Shown piece by piece: positions 8,321 to 18,700 of a stretch of 64,000 nucleotides of DNA. The notes below the pieces were generated by a model that saw nothing but the letters and a program-made list of their open reading frames with translations, did no database searches and was not told the DNA's origin. This DNA is from Candidatus Woesebacteria bacterium (lineage in GTDB: Bacteria; Patescibacteriota; Microgenomatia; UBA8517): the NCBI GenBank assembly GCA_963784785.1, contig CAWASW010000001.1, positions 9,312 through 73,311 on the forward strand, read 5' to 3'. Numbering within the stretch: position 1 is the first letter of the stretch; the number at the start of each line of letters is the position of its first letter. The translations under genes were made by a program, and so were the position numbers.

Positions 8321-11300
8321 TTAGACATTTGGATCAATAAGCTGGCTTACATAGACACTTGAAATAAGTGTGGCATCAATAATTGTATTTGTCTCAAATG
8401 GTATATATCTATTCCCAGTTGAAGACTTTCTTACTCTAATCCTTAAATTGTCAGAAACAGAGGCATTAACTTCCAAGGCAACCGTGCTTGATGAGGCAGT
8501 CCCTGTTGTTAGTTGCGCATCAGTTGTTACATTATAAATTTCATAAGTTGAGCCAGAGATTACATTCGTTAAAGTTAAGGCAACCAAATCAAGCGGATAT
8601 TGGTAACCTTGGGCAGTAGCTGTACTTACAGTTGATATTGCAAGATTAGTTAGTGAATTTGTAGCATTTGAAACAAGTGCCATGAGTCTTACTTTTAATT
8701 TAAATCCAGTTAAGGCTGAAGTTATTGCTTCTCCATTGAGTGCAGAAAAAATCATACTTTGAGAAGTTCCACCTGACACAGAGTTACCTGTAATTGTACA
8801 AGTTGTCATTGCTGCGTTTTTTGCTGTAACCGTTGTACCAAGGGTTAAGTTTCCTGGAGTAGTTAAGTCAAAGACATAATCTCCGACGTTAACACCATAA
8901 AAACTTTGTGTTCCTGTAATTGTAGTTGAAGATTGTGTAACTGTTGTATTAATTGTATATGTTCCAAGACCACCTCTTCCTGTTCCGAATCCGGTAATAA
9001 AATATGTGTTTGCAGTTAGTGAACCACCAGAAAGTAACATATTAAGCATCACAACACCTGATGTAACAGTAGTTACGGTTAAAGTAGTTCCAGAAATATC
9101 TCCAGTAACAACTGCCTTTGTACCGGTTGTAAGTGTTAGAGTTGTAGTATTTGTGACTGCAATATTTGTAACTCCTGGTTCAAGATATAAATTTTTATAA
9201 GTTCCACCAAATCCTGAACCATTATCAATTTGATAGGCAAGCCATTGATTTTGTGGGTTTGTAGAAACCAGTACTGGTGGAGCAGAGGTGGTACTAGAAG
9301 TGAACGCTGTGTGCCCGATTACATAATGCTGATGAGTCCAAGTTAACTGATCACTAGCATTTGGATCTTGAATAACTCCAACGGAATTAAATCCAAAACC
9401 GGTTCCTGCCTGATCAATTGTGTAGGTCGACGCAGACGGTTCGACATTTGTTTTTTCATTACAAGACAATGAAATTTTGCCAGCTGTAGCTGATGAAAAA
9501 TAATCCTGCCAATGGTAACCATAAACAGATGTTTGTCCAGTAGTTGATGCATTTCCCTTTATTCCTTTCATTTGTGCATTAAGTGCACCTAAAATTACGT
9601 TGTCTGCAGTATCTCCCCAAACATTTTCAAATTTTAGTTTATTGATGGAGTTATCAACTGTAGTAAGTGCTGTAAGTCCTGTTGAAAATGCAGACATATA
9701 AACTCTTTTAAATTCAATATTGTTTAACCCTGATCCAGCAGCTGAAACTAAAAGCTGAACGGTAGTATTGGCCGAACCTGCACTAAGAGGAGTTGTAGCC
9801 GTTCCTATATTTCTAACTTTGATATTAATACACCCTGTGATAATTTGAAACATCCCAGTTAGCGGTTGTAAATTAGTAAGCCCAAAGAAATCAACTCCGT
9901 CAATTTTAATTGTGTTACTGTTAGCGCTTAGTGAAAATACATAAGTACCTACTGTTGAACCTGTTGTGCCGCTGATTAAATCTCTATACGATGTCGTCGT
10001 AAATGTAATATCGGTACATGTAACAATAGACATTACTGCACCAGTATTGTCTGTGTTTGTAAATGTAAATCCATTACATCTTGTTAATAATAAATTTGTA
10101 CTGGTTGCAGATCGCCTAATTGGATAGACCCTCATCGTTAGATTTACAAAATCAAAATCAAAACAGTCGGTAAAAGTAGTTCTTGAGACAGCAGTTGTAC
10201 CTGAAGTGGCGACGTGACTATTAAGGGACAAATCAGTAATAGTTCCACCAGCAAAGCAAAGTGAAACAGCAAGGGGAAGAAGTGCTGCGTTTGTGGCTGC
10301 AATACCATTTCCACAACCAACCCGAGTCATTGTAAGAGGTGTGGCAAGCTCTGAAATAAGCATGATGTCCATGTATTGCATGTCGACTAAACTAATTGAA
10401 TAACATTGGGCCATGTTGAAATACCAAGTAGTTGATAGCCTATCTATATTTATGACAGCTGCCTGAGTTGTTGCCAGCTCATATCTATTGGCTGCAGTTG
10501 CTGACGGAGCTGAATTTGCATTTGCTCCAGTAGTTACAGCTTTTGTGCTATTCATCGTTACGACATTTGGAACTCTTATTTTAAGTCCGCTTACAGGTAA
10601 ATAACCGTTATTATTTGTTCCGTCACTTCCAATACGAAGTAACCCTTGTGAAGAAATCCAACAGACCTTGCCGGTCTCAGCATTTGTTGCAACTGTTCCC
10701 ACGGCCGCTGCAAGCCCTGTTGACGGGTAAAATTCATAAGCGTCTGATCCTACAGATGTTTCAATCCAAACTCCTGGGTAGTATGTATTTGCAAGTGTTG
10801 CAGGCAACTGAATTTGTTGATTTGCTACACCTGAAGTACAAATTTGGGTTGAAAAATCTCCTTGGACAGATGCACTTCCCCCGGGGTCAGAAAGCATTGT
10901 GTAGGTTAAAGTATCAGCCGTGGGAACTGATACAACAGTAAATGTGCCATTATATGCAGAAGGTGTAGCGCCTGTAACTGTAATAATACTTCCAACATCT
11001 ACACCGTGAGCAACTAATGTCAAAGTCGCCGTAGTTGTGACATTTGTAATTGTTGTCGATGTTTTTGAAATTAGCCGTGGATAGAACCAATCTCCAGTAA
11101 CCACAAAACTACCAAGTCTTGGAACCGTTAACGTTCCTGCCCCTGCATTATCAGTTCCTCCTGCAATTTCTATCCAACCAGTAAACTCCGGTGTAATTGC
11201 AGTTAATGCCGGAGTTGTACCACCTTCAATAGTTAGTGCACCTCGTGCAAAATTACCACCATTTACATTTTTTACTTTAACCCAGCCGTTTGCTGCCATT

Positions 11301-12163
11301 GCCGCTGCACCATTTGTTCCTGTGGGGTTGGGAAGTGCGTTAAAAGCTGACCAGATACCCAAGAAATTTGAATTAATATTTTTAGTAACTGTTCCAAAGG
11401 CAGAGCCTGATCCTCCAGGGTCAGCTCCTAACCAATAATCAACTGTGTCGGTTGTTGCAGCAACAACAGCAAATGTTCCGTTGTAACCTGCAGGAGTTAC
11501 TCCAGCAACAGCTATCAAATCTCCAACAACGAGGCCATGACCAGCGGACGTTATTTGTGCCACCCATGGTATTGCAGCTCCTGATACAGTCGCGACTGTA
11601 ATAGTTAATGCGTTTCCTGTTGGTTGATAACATCTGAAATATCTTACAAATTTACCGTTCGTTATAGTTGAAGTCCCTGGATCCGTTGAAACTGGATATT
11701 TCATTGTAGTTGATGTTGCTGCAATTGCATTGAATCTTCCGTTGTAACCATTAGGAACAACTGCCCCCATAACTCCACCAACTCTAATCGAGTAAATTGT
11801 TCCAAGAGTTAAGCCGTGGGCCGCCGTTGTGATAGTTACAATTCCAGATGCATATGATGCCGCCGAAATTGCGATGCCTAAAAATAATGCAGGAGGCGTA
11901 CCCGAACCAGATTTATATGGAATAAGCTCGACCGCAGTTCCATCAAAAATTACATCCCCTCCTGTAGTAGGGGAAATTGTAGTGTTATCAAACGATCCAT
12001 TGTTTCCCGTAGCAGCCCCAACATGGCTTGAGCAGTATCTGGTATCAGTATCAACAACTAACTGTGCATTATTGTTAATTGAGAATAAGTTAATTGTGGT
12101 GCTTGCTGTCTGTCCAAATAAGCAATCGTAATTTATATCTGCGTTTATTGTAATTGTTGCCAT
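8321..12163 (-). CDS. Very large Thr/Gly/Ala-rich beta-strand protein (1280 aa), no signal peptide, with three about 50-aa YNGxF repeats
   Basis: Three tandem repeats ([33 protein letters not shown]...DPGTS / [27 protein letters not shown]...DPGGSGS / [28 protein letters not shown]...DPGGSAS). C-terminal IRVR..PFE motif shared with the 807-aa protein. Confidence 0.55.
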   Translation of the reverse strand: MATITINADINYDCLFGQTASTTINLFSINNNAQLVVDTDTRYCSSHVGAATGNNGSFDNTTISPTTGGDVIFDGTAVELIPYKSGSGTPPALFLGIAISAASYASGIVTITTAAHGLTLGTIYSIRVGGVMGAVVPNGYNGRFNAIAATSTTMKYPVSTDPGTSTITNGKFVRYFRCYQPTGNALTITVATVSGAAIPWVAQITSAGHGLVVGDLIAVAGVTPAGYNGTFAVVAATTDTVDYWLGADPGGSGSAFGTVTKNINSNFLGIWSAFNALPNPTGTNGAAAMAANGWVKVKNVNGGNFARGALTIEGGTTPALTAITPEFTGWIEIAGGTDNAGAGTLTVPRLGSFVVTGDWFYPRLISKTSTTITNVTTTATLTLVAHGVDVGSIITVTGATPSAYNGTFTVVSVPTADTLTYTMLSDPGGSASVQGDFSTQICTSGVANQQIQLPATLANTYYPGVWIETSVGSDAYEFYPSTGLAAAVGTVATNAETGKVCWISSQGLLRIGSDGTNNNGYLPVSGLKIRVPNVVTMNSTKAVTTGANANSAPSATAANRYELATTQAAVINIDRLSTTWYFNMAQCYSISLVDMQYMDIMLISELATPLTMTRVGCGNGIAATNAALLPLAVSLCFAGGTITDLSLNSHVATSGTTAVSRTTFTDCFDFDFVNLTMRVYPIRRSATSTNLLLTRCNGFTFTNTDNTGAVMSIVTCTDITFTTTSYRDLISGTTGSTVGTYVFSLSANSNTIKIDGVDFFGLTNLQPLTGMFQIITGCINIKVRNIGTATTPLSAGSANTTVQLLVSAAGSGLNNIEFKRVYMSAFSTGLTALTTVDNSINKLKFENVWGDTADNVILGALNAQMKGIKGNASTTGQTSVYGYHWQDYFSSATAGKISLSCNEKTNVEPSASTYTIDQAGTGFGFNSVGVIQDPNASDQLTWTHQHYVIGHTAFTSSTTSAPPVLVSTNPQNQWLAYQIDNGSGFGGTYKNLYLEPGVTNIAVTNTTTLTLTTGTKAVVTGDISGTTLTVTTVTSGVVMLNMLLSGGSLTANTYFITGFGTGRGGLGTYTINTTVTQSSTTITGTQSFYGVNVGDYVFDLTTPGNLTLGTTVTAKNAAMTTCTITGNSVSGGTSQSMIFSALNGEAITSALTGFKLKVRLMALVSNATNSLTNLAISTVSTATAQGYQYPLDLVALTLTNVISGSTYEIYNVTTDAQLTTGTASSSTVALEVNASVSDNLRIRVRKSSTGNRYIPFETNTIIDATLISSVYVSQLIDPNV

Positions 12164-12165
12164 AG

Positions 12166-13245
12166 TTAATTAGATTTAATCTTTTTTCTGCTTTTCAGTA
12201 ATCTTTTAATTTCTAGATCAAAATCAGATACATAATTTTTATCTTGAACTTTTCTATATTTCTCAAATTCTTGTTCTGCAAGCGCCGTTGCAACTTCATG
12301 GCTAACTTTACCTGCATTTTTTAAAATTCCTTTTCCCAATAATAACAAATATTCGTCAAGTTTAAGTATCCAATCTTTCATAGTCATTGTGAGTTCATCT
12401 CTTGCTTGTATTTCGGCAAATGATAAATAAGCATCGACTATTCGATTTAGTTTTTCAAGTTCGTTTTGATTAAGATAATTTTTGGCGATAGAAATATCTT
12501 TCTGAATAGGGTGGAGCCCTGAAAAATTTGTAAGTCCCATAATGGGTTTATTACTATCCGCACGTTCTGCAATTATTTCTGCAGCAGTCTTACCAGTTAC
12601 AGCAAAATGCATTTTATTTTGAACAGTTTTAAAAAACAGATCAGTTTCTTTTGCATCTTTGCGATAATCAATTGCAGTTGCATAGATATCAGTTACCTTT
12701 TGATACAACACCCGCTCACTTGAACGAATGTCTCTGATTCTTTCCAAAAGCTCTTCAAAATAACGAGATTTATATCCACCTTGTTTTAAACGAGTGTCAT
12801 CCATAGTAAAACCCTTGACCATATATTCCTTTATTTTTTCAGTGGCCCATTGACGGAACAAGGTTCCACGAGTTGAATTAACTCGATAACCAAGTGCGAC
12901 AACGGCCTCCAAACTATACATTTTAGTTACATATTTTTTCTTGTCACGAGCAGTTGTCAAGAAATCCTTGACAACTGAAATTTGATCTAATTCATTTTCC
13001 TTAAATATATTTTTGAGGTGAAGACTAACGTTTTGCTTTGTTGTGTCAAAAAGTTCAGCCATGAGTTTTTGTGATAACCAAACATTTTCGTGTTCAAAAC
13101 GAACTTCAACTCTAGTTTTGCCATTATCTGTTTGGTAGATAATAATTTGTGATGATCTGTTTTCCATGGTATTGGTAGATATTTGAACTTGTAAGAATTC
13201 CTTACAAGTTGAACTGTCGAGAAATCCTCGGTAGTTAATTATCAT
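12166..13245 (-). CDS. RhuM-family protein (Virulence_RhuM / Fic-associated DNA-binding family)
   Basis: N-terminal [48 protein letters not shown] and overall 359-aa length are characteristic of RhuM family proteins. Confidence 0.65.
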   Translation of the reverse strand: MIINYRGFLDSSTCKEFLQVQISTNTMENRSSQIIIYQTDNGKTRVEVRFEHENVWLSQKLMAELFDTTKQNVSLHLKNIFKENELDQISVVKDFLTTARDKKKYVTKMYSLEAVVALGYRVNSTRGTLFRQWATEKIKEYMVKGFTMDDTRLKQGGYKSRYFEELLERIRDIRSSERVLYQKVTDIYATAIDYRKDAKETDLFFKTVQNKMHFAVTGKTAAEIIAERADSNKPIMGLTNFSGLHPIQKDISIAKNYLNQNELEKLNRIVDAYLSFAEIQARDELTMTMKDWILKLDEYLLLLGKGILKNAGKVSHEVATALAEQEFEKYRKVQDKNYVSDFDLEIKRLLKSRKKIKSN

Positions 13246-13284
13246 TGTATACTGAATTAATTTTCAAAAAAAGTATGTTAATTA

Positions 13285-15036
13285 ATGTTAAACTTACAAA
13301 AAATGAAAGTTACGGATTTGATTCAAAAAGGGAACGAAAATGCAGTAACAGGTAACTATAAACTTGCGATAAATTTTTACAAAAAGGTCATAAAAATAGA
13401 TCCAAAAAATGTTATTGCCTGGGGTAATTTAGGCTCAATGCAGGAAAAAATAGGACAAGATGAAGAAGCCTTGTACTCAATAAAAAAGGCAATTGAATAT
13501 GGTCCAGATTATGAAATTGGACTTTACAACTTAGCTCTTCTTTTAATTAAACTAAAAAGGTCAGAAGAAGCTCTAGTTTACCTTGATCGGGCAATTTCAT
13601 TAAATCCTAATAAAATTGATGCGCATTTTAATAAAGGTATCGCAATGCAACGTTTGGGAAATACCGAGGAACAGCTAAAGTCTTTTGAGAAAGTTCTTCA
13701 AATTAAACCAGATTATCCAGATATCATGAATAGATTATGGTTTCTGTACCGTCAAGTGGGAGACTTTGGGAAAGCAGAAAAATTAGAGTTTAAATTGGGT
13801 CAAGGGCATGATCCATTCATAAGTTTAGTTAAATCAGAAGATCCAAAGGAAAACTTGGAGGTAGCCAAAAAAGTTTCTGGTAAGTTATCTGGTTTTGCTC
13901 TAAATTCTAAAATTAAATTTAAATATTCCAAGAGTTCTAAAATTAGACTTGGCTATTTTTCTAATGACTTGAAAGAACACCCAGTTGGCCAAATGGTCTC
14001 TTCAATGTTTAAACATCATGATAGAAATAAGTTTGAAGTTGTGGCCCTATCATACGGTAAAGATGATGGCGGTGAAATAAGAAAAACAATTAAAAAAAAC
14101 GTAGATGAATTTGTAGATTTATCCGGCAGAATGACGGATTTTGAAATGGCCAAGATTATAAATAGTAAAAAAATAGATATCCTGATTGAAATGACAGGGT
14201 ATACAAAAGACACAAGGCTTGGTGTTGCAAGTTTTAGGCCTGCTCCAATTCAACTTCACTTTCTTGGTTTTCCAGGAACACTTGGGGCTGATTTTATAGA
14301 TTATGCAATAGTTGACGAAATAGTTGTTCCCAAAAACGAACAGATTTATTTTACTGAAAAACTTTTGTATTTACCAAGATGTTATCAAGTAAACAGCGAA
14401 GTTAAAATACTAGACAAAATTTACAAAAGAGAGGACTTTGGATTACCCAAAACAGGTTTTGTCTTTGGGTCATTTAATCAGATTTATAAGATAGACAAAA
14501 CAATTTTTACTGTTTGGATGAATATTTTAAAAAGAGTTCCTGAAAGCGTTTTGTGGCTTTTGAACCAATTTCCAGAGTGTGAGATAAATTTAAAAAAAGA
14601 AGCAAAAAGGCAGGGAGTTGATCCTAAACGAATAATATTTGGAAAACATATGCCAAAGTCAGAACATTTAGGACGGCTAAAGTTAACAGATTTGGGGCTA
14701 GATACAATTAATTATGGAGGCCATACAACGACAACTGATTATTTATGGAGCGGAGTACCTGTTATTACAAAATTTGGAAGCCATTTTGCCTCCCGAGTTT
14801 GTTCATCAATTTTATCTGAAGTTGGGTTAAATGAATTAATCGTCAAGGATTTAGAAGCATATGAAGATTTAGCTGTAGAGCTTTCAAATAATCCCAAGAA
14901 ATTAAATAAATATAAAGCTATAATAACTCAAAGTAATTTAAAAACAAACCTATTTGATACAAGTGGGTTTGTCAAAGATTTAGAAAAGATATACACAAAA
15001 ATATATGCTAGATATCACAGAAAAAAGACTAATTAA
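13285..15036 (+). CDS. TPR-repeat protein fused to GT41 (O-GlcNAc-transferase-like) glycosyltransferase domain
   Basis: N-terminal TPR units (AWGNLGSMQEKIGQDEEALYSIKKAIEY...). The C-terminal half has GYFSNDLKEHPVGQMVSS and HTTTTDYLWSGVPVITKFGSHFASRVCSSIL, typical of SPINDLY/OGT-type GT41 catalytic regions. Confidence 0.65.
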   Translation: MLNLQKMKVTDLIQKGNENAVTGNYKLAINFYKKVIKIDPKNVIAWGNLGSMQEKIGQDEEALYSIKKAIEYGPDYEIGLYNLALLLIKLKRSEEALVYLDRAISLNPNKIDAHFNKGIAMQRLGNTEEQLKSFEKVLQIKPDYPDIMNRLWFLYRQVGDFGKAEKLEFKLGQGHDPFISLVKSEDPKENLEVAKKVSGKLSGFALNSKIKFKYSKSSKIRLGYFSNDLKEHPVGQMVSSMFKHHDRNKFEVVALSYGKDDGGEIRKTIKKNVDEFVDLSGRMTDFEMAKIINSKKIDILIEMTGYTKDTRLGVASFRPAPIQLHFLGFPGTLGADFIDYAIVDEIVVPKNEQIYFTEKLLYLPRCYQVNSEVKILDKIYKREDFGLPKTGFVFGSFNQIYKIDKTIFTVWMNILKRVPESVLWLLNQFPECEINLKKEAKRQGVDPKRIIFGKHMPKSEHLGRLKLTDLGLDTINYGGHTTTTDYLWSGVPVITKFGSHFASRVCSSILSEVGLNELIVKDLEAYEDLAVELSNNPKKLNKYKAIITQSNLKTNLFDTSGFVKDLEKIYTKIYARYHRKKTN

Positions 15037-15643
15037 ATTAAAAGATTTAGGTTTTGTGCCGAGAACAGTTTTGGATATTGGTGCATATGTAGGGGACTGG
15101 ACTAAGATGGTTAAAAATATTTGGCCGGCTTCAGAATTTATTATGATTGAAGCAAATGAAGAAGTTGCGCCCAATGGCGCCACTGTTGCACTCTTGGGTA
15201 GAAATGAAGGAAAAGTTACTTATTATAAAACTTCAAATGAATTTAAAACTGGAAACTCAATTTTTTTAGAGCAAACTAGTTATTTCAAAAATAGTGAGAA
15301 AAGAATTTTAGATATGCAGACATTGGATAAATTGGCAATTAAAAACAAATGGAAAAATATAGATTTTATTAAAATTGATACTCAAGGTTCAGAACTAGAA
15401 ATTATTGCAGGTGGATTAAAAACTATTAAAAAGTGCGAGTTCGTACTCTTGGAAACACAAAATTTAACATATAATTTAGGTGCTCCAAAAACGCTAGAGG
15501 TGATGAATAAAATGGATGAACTAGGATTTACTCTCTTTGATATTACAGAACTACACCACATTCCAACAGGGGAAATGCAGGGAGTGGATATGCTTTTTAC
15601 AAGTAAAAAGTCAGAGTTTATTAAGAAGGGATTGTTGTGGTAA
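15005..15643 (+). CDS. FkbM-family SAM-dependent methyltransferase
   Basis: VLDIGAYVGDWT glycine-rich SAM motif; size and layout match Methyltransf_21/FkbM. It overlaps the upstream gene end, so the true start may be further downstream. Confidence 0.55.
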   Translation: MLDITEKRLIKLKDLGFVPRTVLDIGAYVGDWTKMVKNIWPASEFIMIEANEEVAPNGATVALLGRNEGKVTYYKTSNEFKTGNSIFLEQTSYFKNSEKRILDMQTLDKLAIKNKWKNIDFIKIDTQGSELEIIAGGLKTIKKCEFVLLETQNLTYNLGAPKTLEVMNKMDELGFTLFDITELHHIPTGEMQGVDMLFTSKKSEFIKKGLLW

Positions 15644-16698
15644 AAGTGTTAAAAATTGGCTTTGTCAATTTTACACCACTTAAATATGATGTTGATACAC
15701 CACTTCAGGAGCCTTTAGGAGGTTCAGAATCTGCAATGTGCTATCTTGCCGTTCAAATGGCAAGGGATGGACATAGAGTTACACTTTTTAGAAGAAATGA
15801 AGAAGAATTTACTAAAAGTGGGGTACTACATAAATCAGTAAATAAAATAATTACCACCGACCTTGATTTTTTAATTATACAAAACACTCCATTTTTTGGG
15901 TTACAAATAAAAGAAAAAATTAATCCTAAAACAAAGTTAATATATTGGTCACAACATGCCTCAAATCAACCTGCTGTGGAATGTCTTAAAGACTCTAAGT
16001 TCCAAGATATTTACGATGCAATACTACTTTTAAGTGATTACCAAATTGAGGATTATAAAAATGCATTTAAAATTAACCCAACCAAAATAATTAAATTTAA
16101 AAACGCAATTTCACCAGCTTTTGAGAATTTAAATATAGAAAATAAAATCCCATGGTCATATTGCTACACCAGCACGCCATTTAGAGGATTAAAGCTTTTG
16201 CCAGAACTATTTACAAGAGTAAGAGAGGTTAATATTAAGGCAAAACTATTTGTGCATTCAAGCATGGGTACTTATCAAGGAGATAATACAGTGGAGGAAG
16301 AATACCAAGAAATTTATACGGCTATCAAAAACACTGATGGTGCGGTATATAGTGGTTCAATTTCGCAAACTGAACTTTCCGATAAATTATCAAAATATGA
16401 ATATTTGGCCTATCCCAATATTTTTGCTGAAACTTCTTGTATTTCTGTAATGGAAGCTATGGCGGCCGGTTGTCAGGTCGTTACCACCGATCTTGGTGCA
16501 CTACCTGAAACTTCAGCTGGGTTTGCAAGACTTATTAAAATTACAGGTAATGAGGAGGAGTACAAAAGTAGTTTTGTGCGGGAAATGCAAAAACCAATTG
16601 ATAAAAATAGGATAGAAGAACAGGTCAAATTTGTAAGAGAAAATTATACTTGGAAAGTTAGATCTAAAGAGTTGTATACTTTATTACAGAATGTTTGA
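15637..16698 (+). CDS. Glycosyltransferase, GT-B fold (GT4-like)
   Basis: EPLGGSESAMCYLAVQMARDGHRVTLF N-terminal motif and a C-terminal EAMAAGCQVVTTDLGALPE motif typical of GT1/GT4 enzymes. Confidence 0.6.
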   Translation: MVKVLKIGFVNFTPLKYDVDTPLQEPLGGSESAMCYLAVQMARDGHRVTLFRRNEEEFTKSGVLHKSVNKIITTDLDFLIIQNTPFFGLQIKEKINPKTKLIYWSQHASNQPAVECLKDSKFQDIYDAILLLSDYQIEDYKNAFKINPTKIIKFKNAISPAFENLNIENKIPWSYCYTSTPFRGLKLLPELFTRVREVNIKAKLFVHSSMGTYQGDNTVEEEYQEIYTAIKNTDGAVYSGSISQTELSDKLSKYEYLAYPNIFAETSCISVMEAMAAGCQVVTTDLGALPETSAGFARLIKITGNEEEYKSSFVREMQKPIDKNRIEEQVKFVRENYTWKVRSKELYTLLQNV

Positions 16699-17773
16699 TT
16701 TTTTAAATTTCTTTGTAGCTGCTGCCATTTCTTCTTGTACGGTATCCGTTAATCCTGCAAGCTTTGAAAATAATATATCTGATACATTAAATTTTAGTAT
16801 TTCAAATAATGATGAAACAGGTAATCCGATAAGATATATCAGAATTACTTCTCCGTCCTCCAACTTTGTTATAACTTCAGCAAATGGGCCTCAAATTACA
16901 GGCGCTGGAATTAGTGACCAAACAGCAAATATCAAAGTCAATGATATTGATTCTGGTGGGTCTGTTGATATTGGCCTTGGTGTAAATACATTAAATGCAC
17001 AAAATCAGGCTAGCTGGAGTGTTTCTGTTACAGACGATGTTGATGGTAATAATTTAGTTGGGTGCAGTGGAGATACCGGAGTTACCATTACTTCACCTGG
17101 GCAAGCCACGGTAGTAATATCTAATTTATCTGTTGCTGTTTCTGATAGCAGCGCCACAATGTCATGGAGTACAGCGGTTTCTGCCAGTACAATTGTAGAA
17201 TATGGAAAGACCGAGCAATATGGAAGTACCGCAACAGGAACCTCAGAGACTAATCATTCTATAAATTTACCAAGTCTATCTGCAGATACTCAGTATTATT
17301 ACCGTGTAACAAATACTGATGCAGTTGGGAATGTAGCACAAGTCTCAGGAAATTTTAGAACTGCGGTGGCAGGAATAAATACTGAAACAATAGTCACAAC
17401 AACTACGACGGTTACTAATACTGTAAATGTTACAAAAACTTTAGTAGATACTACGCCACCAACAATTCGATTTAAAACTACATTTAAAAAAATATATGAA
17501 GAGGCACCTTTAATTGAAATAGTTTCAACCGATGGGACGGGGATAGCAAGAGTTGAATATTCAATAGATGGGGGAAAGAACTACATACCTATCGGCATTG
17601 AAACTGTTGGAAGTAAACAATTAGTTTCAGAATTTACTCCAGACGCAGTCGAAGATGGAGATTATTCATTACAGGTTAGAGTGACCGATACTACGGGAAA
17701 TAGGACTCTATCTAAAGAAATAAAATTTACGATAGACAGGCTCCCCCGAGACCGTTACATTTCGGTCTCCTAA
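16691..17773 (+). CDS. 5' portion of a surface protein gene (FN3 and Ig-like domains) split by the MITE insertion; its last 9 codons and stop come from the MITE
   Basis: FN3-like segment SATMSWSTAVSASTIVEYGKTEQYGST...DTQYYYRVTNTDAVGN. Removing the MITE and one TSD copy restores an in-frame junction ...FTIDRLP|PRVGPLTVMAGP... with ORF 17930..18700. Confidence 0.55.
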   Translation: MFDFLNFFVAAAISSCTVSVNPASFENNISDTLNFSISNNDETGNPIRYIRITSPSSNFVITSANGPQITGAGISDQTANIKVNDIDSGGSVDIGLGVNTLNAQNQASWSVSVTDDVDGNNLVGCSGDTGVTITSPGQATVVISNLSVAVSDSSATMSWSTAVSASTIVEYGKTEQYGSTATGTSETNHSINLPSLSADTQYYYRVTNTDAVGNVAQVSGNFRTAVAGINTETIVTTTTTVTNTVNVTKTLVDTTPPTIRFKTTFKKIYEEAPLIEIVSTDGTGIARVEYSIDGGKNYIPIGIETVGSKQLVSEFTPDAVEDGDYSLQVRVTDTTGNRTLSKEIKFTIDRLPRDRYISVS

Positions 17774-17942
17774 AACACACTGATTTTACTATACTTTCGG
17801 CCTAAAAAGGTAGTTTCACTAAGTAAACGCTTCTACAACCAATTTCAGCATTGTCCGAGTAATCGGACGAAAGTGTTATTATTTTAACGAAAAACAACAA
17901 ATCATTTAAGGCTAAACAAGTGACCGTTTATGCAACGGTATC
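17748..17942 (-). mobile_element. MITE copy A (about 195 bp), flanked by a 9-bp TSD GGCTCCCCC; inverted relative to copy B
   Basis: 100% identical, reverse-complemented, to 21089..21281. Termini match the TIRs of the IS at 24734..25904. The interior has three hairpins (GAGACCG-N8-CGGTCTC, GTCCGA-ttac-TCGGAC, ACCGTT-N6-AACGGT). The direct repeat GGCTCCCCC abuts both ends. Confidence 0.65.
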
Positions 17943-18700
17943 GGCTCCCCCCGCGTGTTGGGCCTCTTACAGTCATGGCTGGGCCAATTTCTATAAATAG
18001 CGGTATCTCCGAAATAACGGAATTATTGGTAGGTGTTGAGTATAAATTTATACTAACTGCAGCAGGAGGACCTAATAAAATTAATATGAAATGTAAAGAC
18101 AATATTTATAAATTTACAAAAAATAACGACGTAGGAGTTTGGACAACTAAAGTTAAGTTTTCAGAAGAAGGACAATATTTACCTGAAATAGTTGCAGAGG
18201 ACGGAGCAGGAAACATAGAAACAGTGAACAGTGAACAATTGAAAGTTAACGGTTTAGGAAAACTCAAAAATGGAATAATCACTGTTTACTGGTACGATAA
18301 TTTTGAGAAAAAATTTGTGAAGTGGGATGCAGAACCTTATGGACAAGTTAATCCAATTAATACTAATGACTTAGCTGGTTATTCTATATTGTTACCAAGT
18401 GGAAAGTATTATCTTGAGGCAAAAGCTATTGGAAAAAGAACAAGTGTAACTAATATTATAGAGACTCATGAAACAGTTTATATAAATGACGATTGGGAGC
18501 TATCACCGTCATGGAAATTTTGGCAATTTAGAGAACAGAAAATTGTTAATCCTAAAAAGCTTGGTAATGAATCTTGGAAGGATGTTAGTTTTGCTCTTCC
18601 AAAAGTTAACTTAAATAATTTATCGACCTTAGATATTCGAGGAAAAAAACAGTTGTCAGTTTGTTATCTTCATGGCATCCATCTACAAATGATTATCTAA
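17930..18700 (+). CDS. 3' portion of the MITE-split surface protein (Ig-like repeats), reading from an ATG supplied by the MITE terminus
   Basis: Begins atgcaacggtatc|ggctcccc, with the first 13 nt in the MITE. In frame with ORF 16691..17773 once the MITE is removed. AEDGAGN/VTDTTGN Ig-like repeats continue the upstream domain pattern. Confidence 0.5.
   Translation: MQRYRLPPRVGPLTVMAGPISINSGISEITELLVGVEYKFILTAAGGPNKINMKCKDNIYKFTKNNDVGVWTTKVKFSEEGQYLPEIVAEDGAGNIETVNSEQLKVNGLGKLKNGIITVYWYDNFEKKFVKWDAEPYGQVNPINTNDLAGYSILLPSGKYYLEAKAIGKRTSVTNIIETHETVYINDDWELSPSWKFWQFREQKIVNPKKLGNESWKDVSFALPKVNLNNLSTLDIRGKKQLSVCYLHGIHLQMII

Noticed and set aside
1838-11633. Numerous 60-160-aa ORFs on the opposite strand inside the large Thr/Gly-rich genes (for example 1838..2128, 4908..5117, 6450..6758, 9006..9200, 10615..10941, 11439..11633; likewise 36696..37214, 43770..44249, 45990..46358 in the giant genes)
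   Set aside because: These are typical antisense artefacts of long, compositionally biased coding regions. They have no start context or motifs and are fully nested in strongly supported long ORFs.
1561-12163. Calling the beta-helix block an intact prophage
   Set aside because: No integrase, terminase, portal, capsid or tail sheath/tube genes are visible in or around it. Only fibre/spike-like proteins are present.
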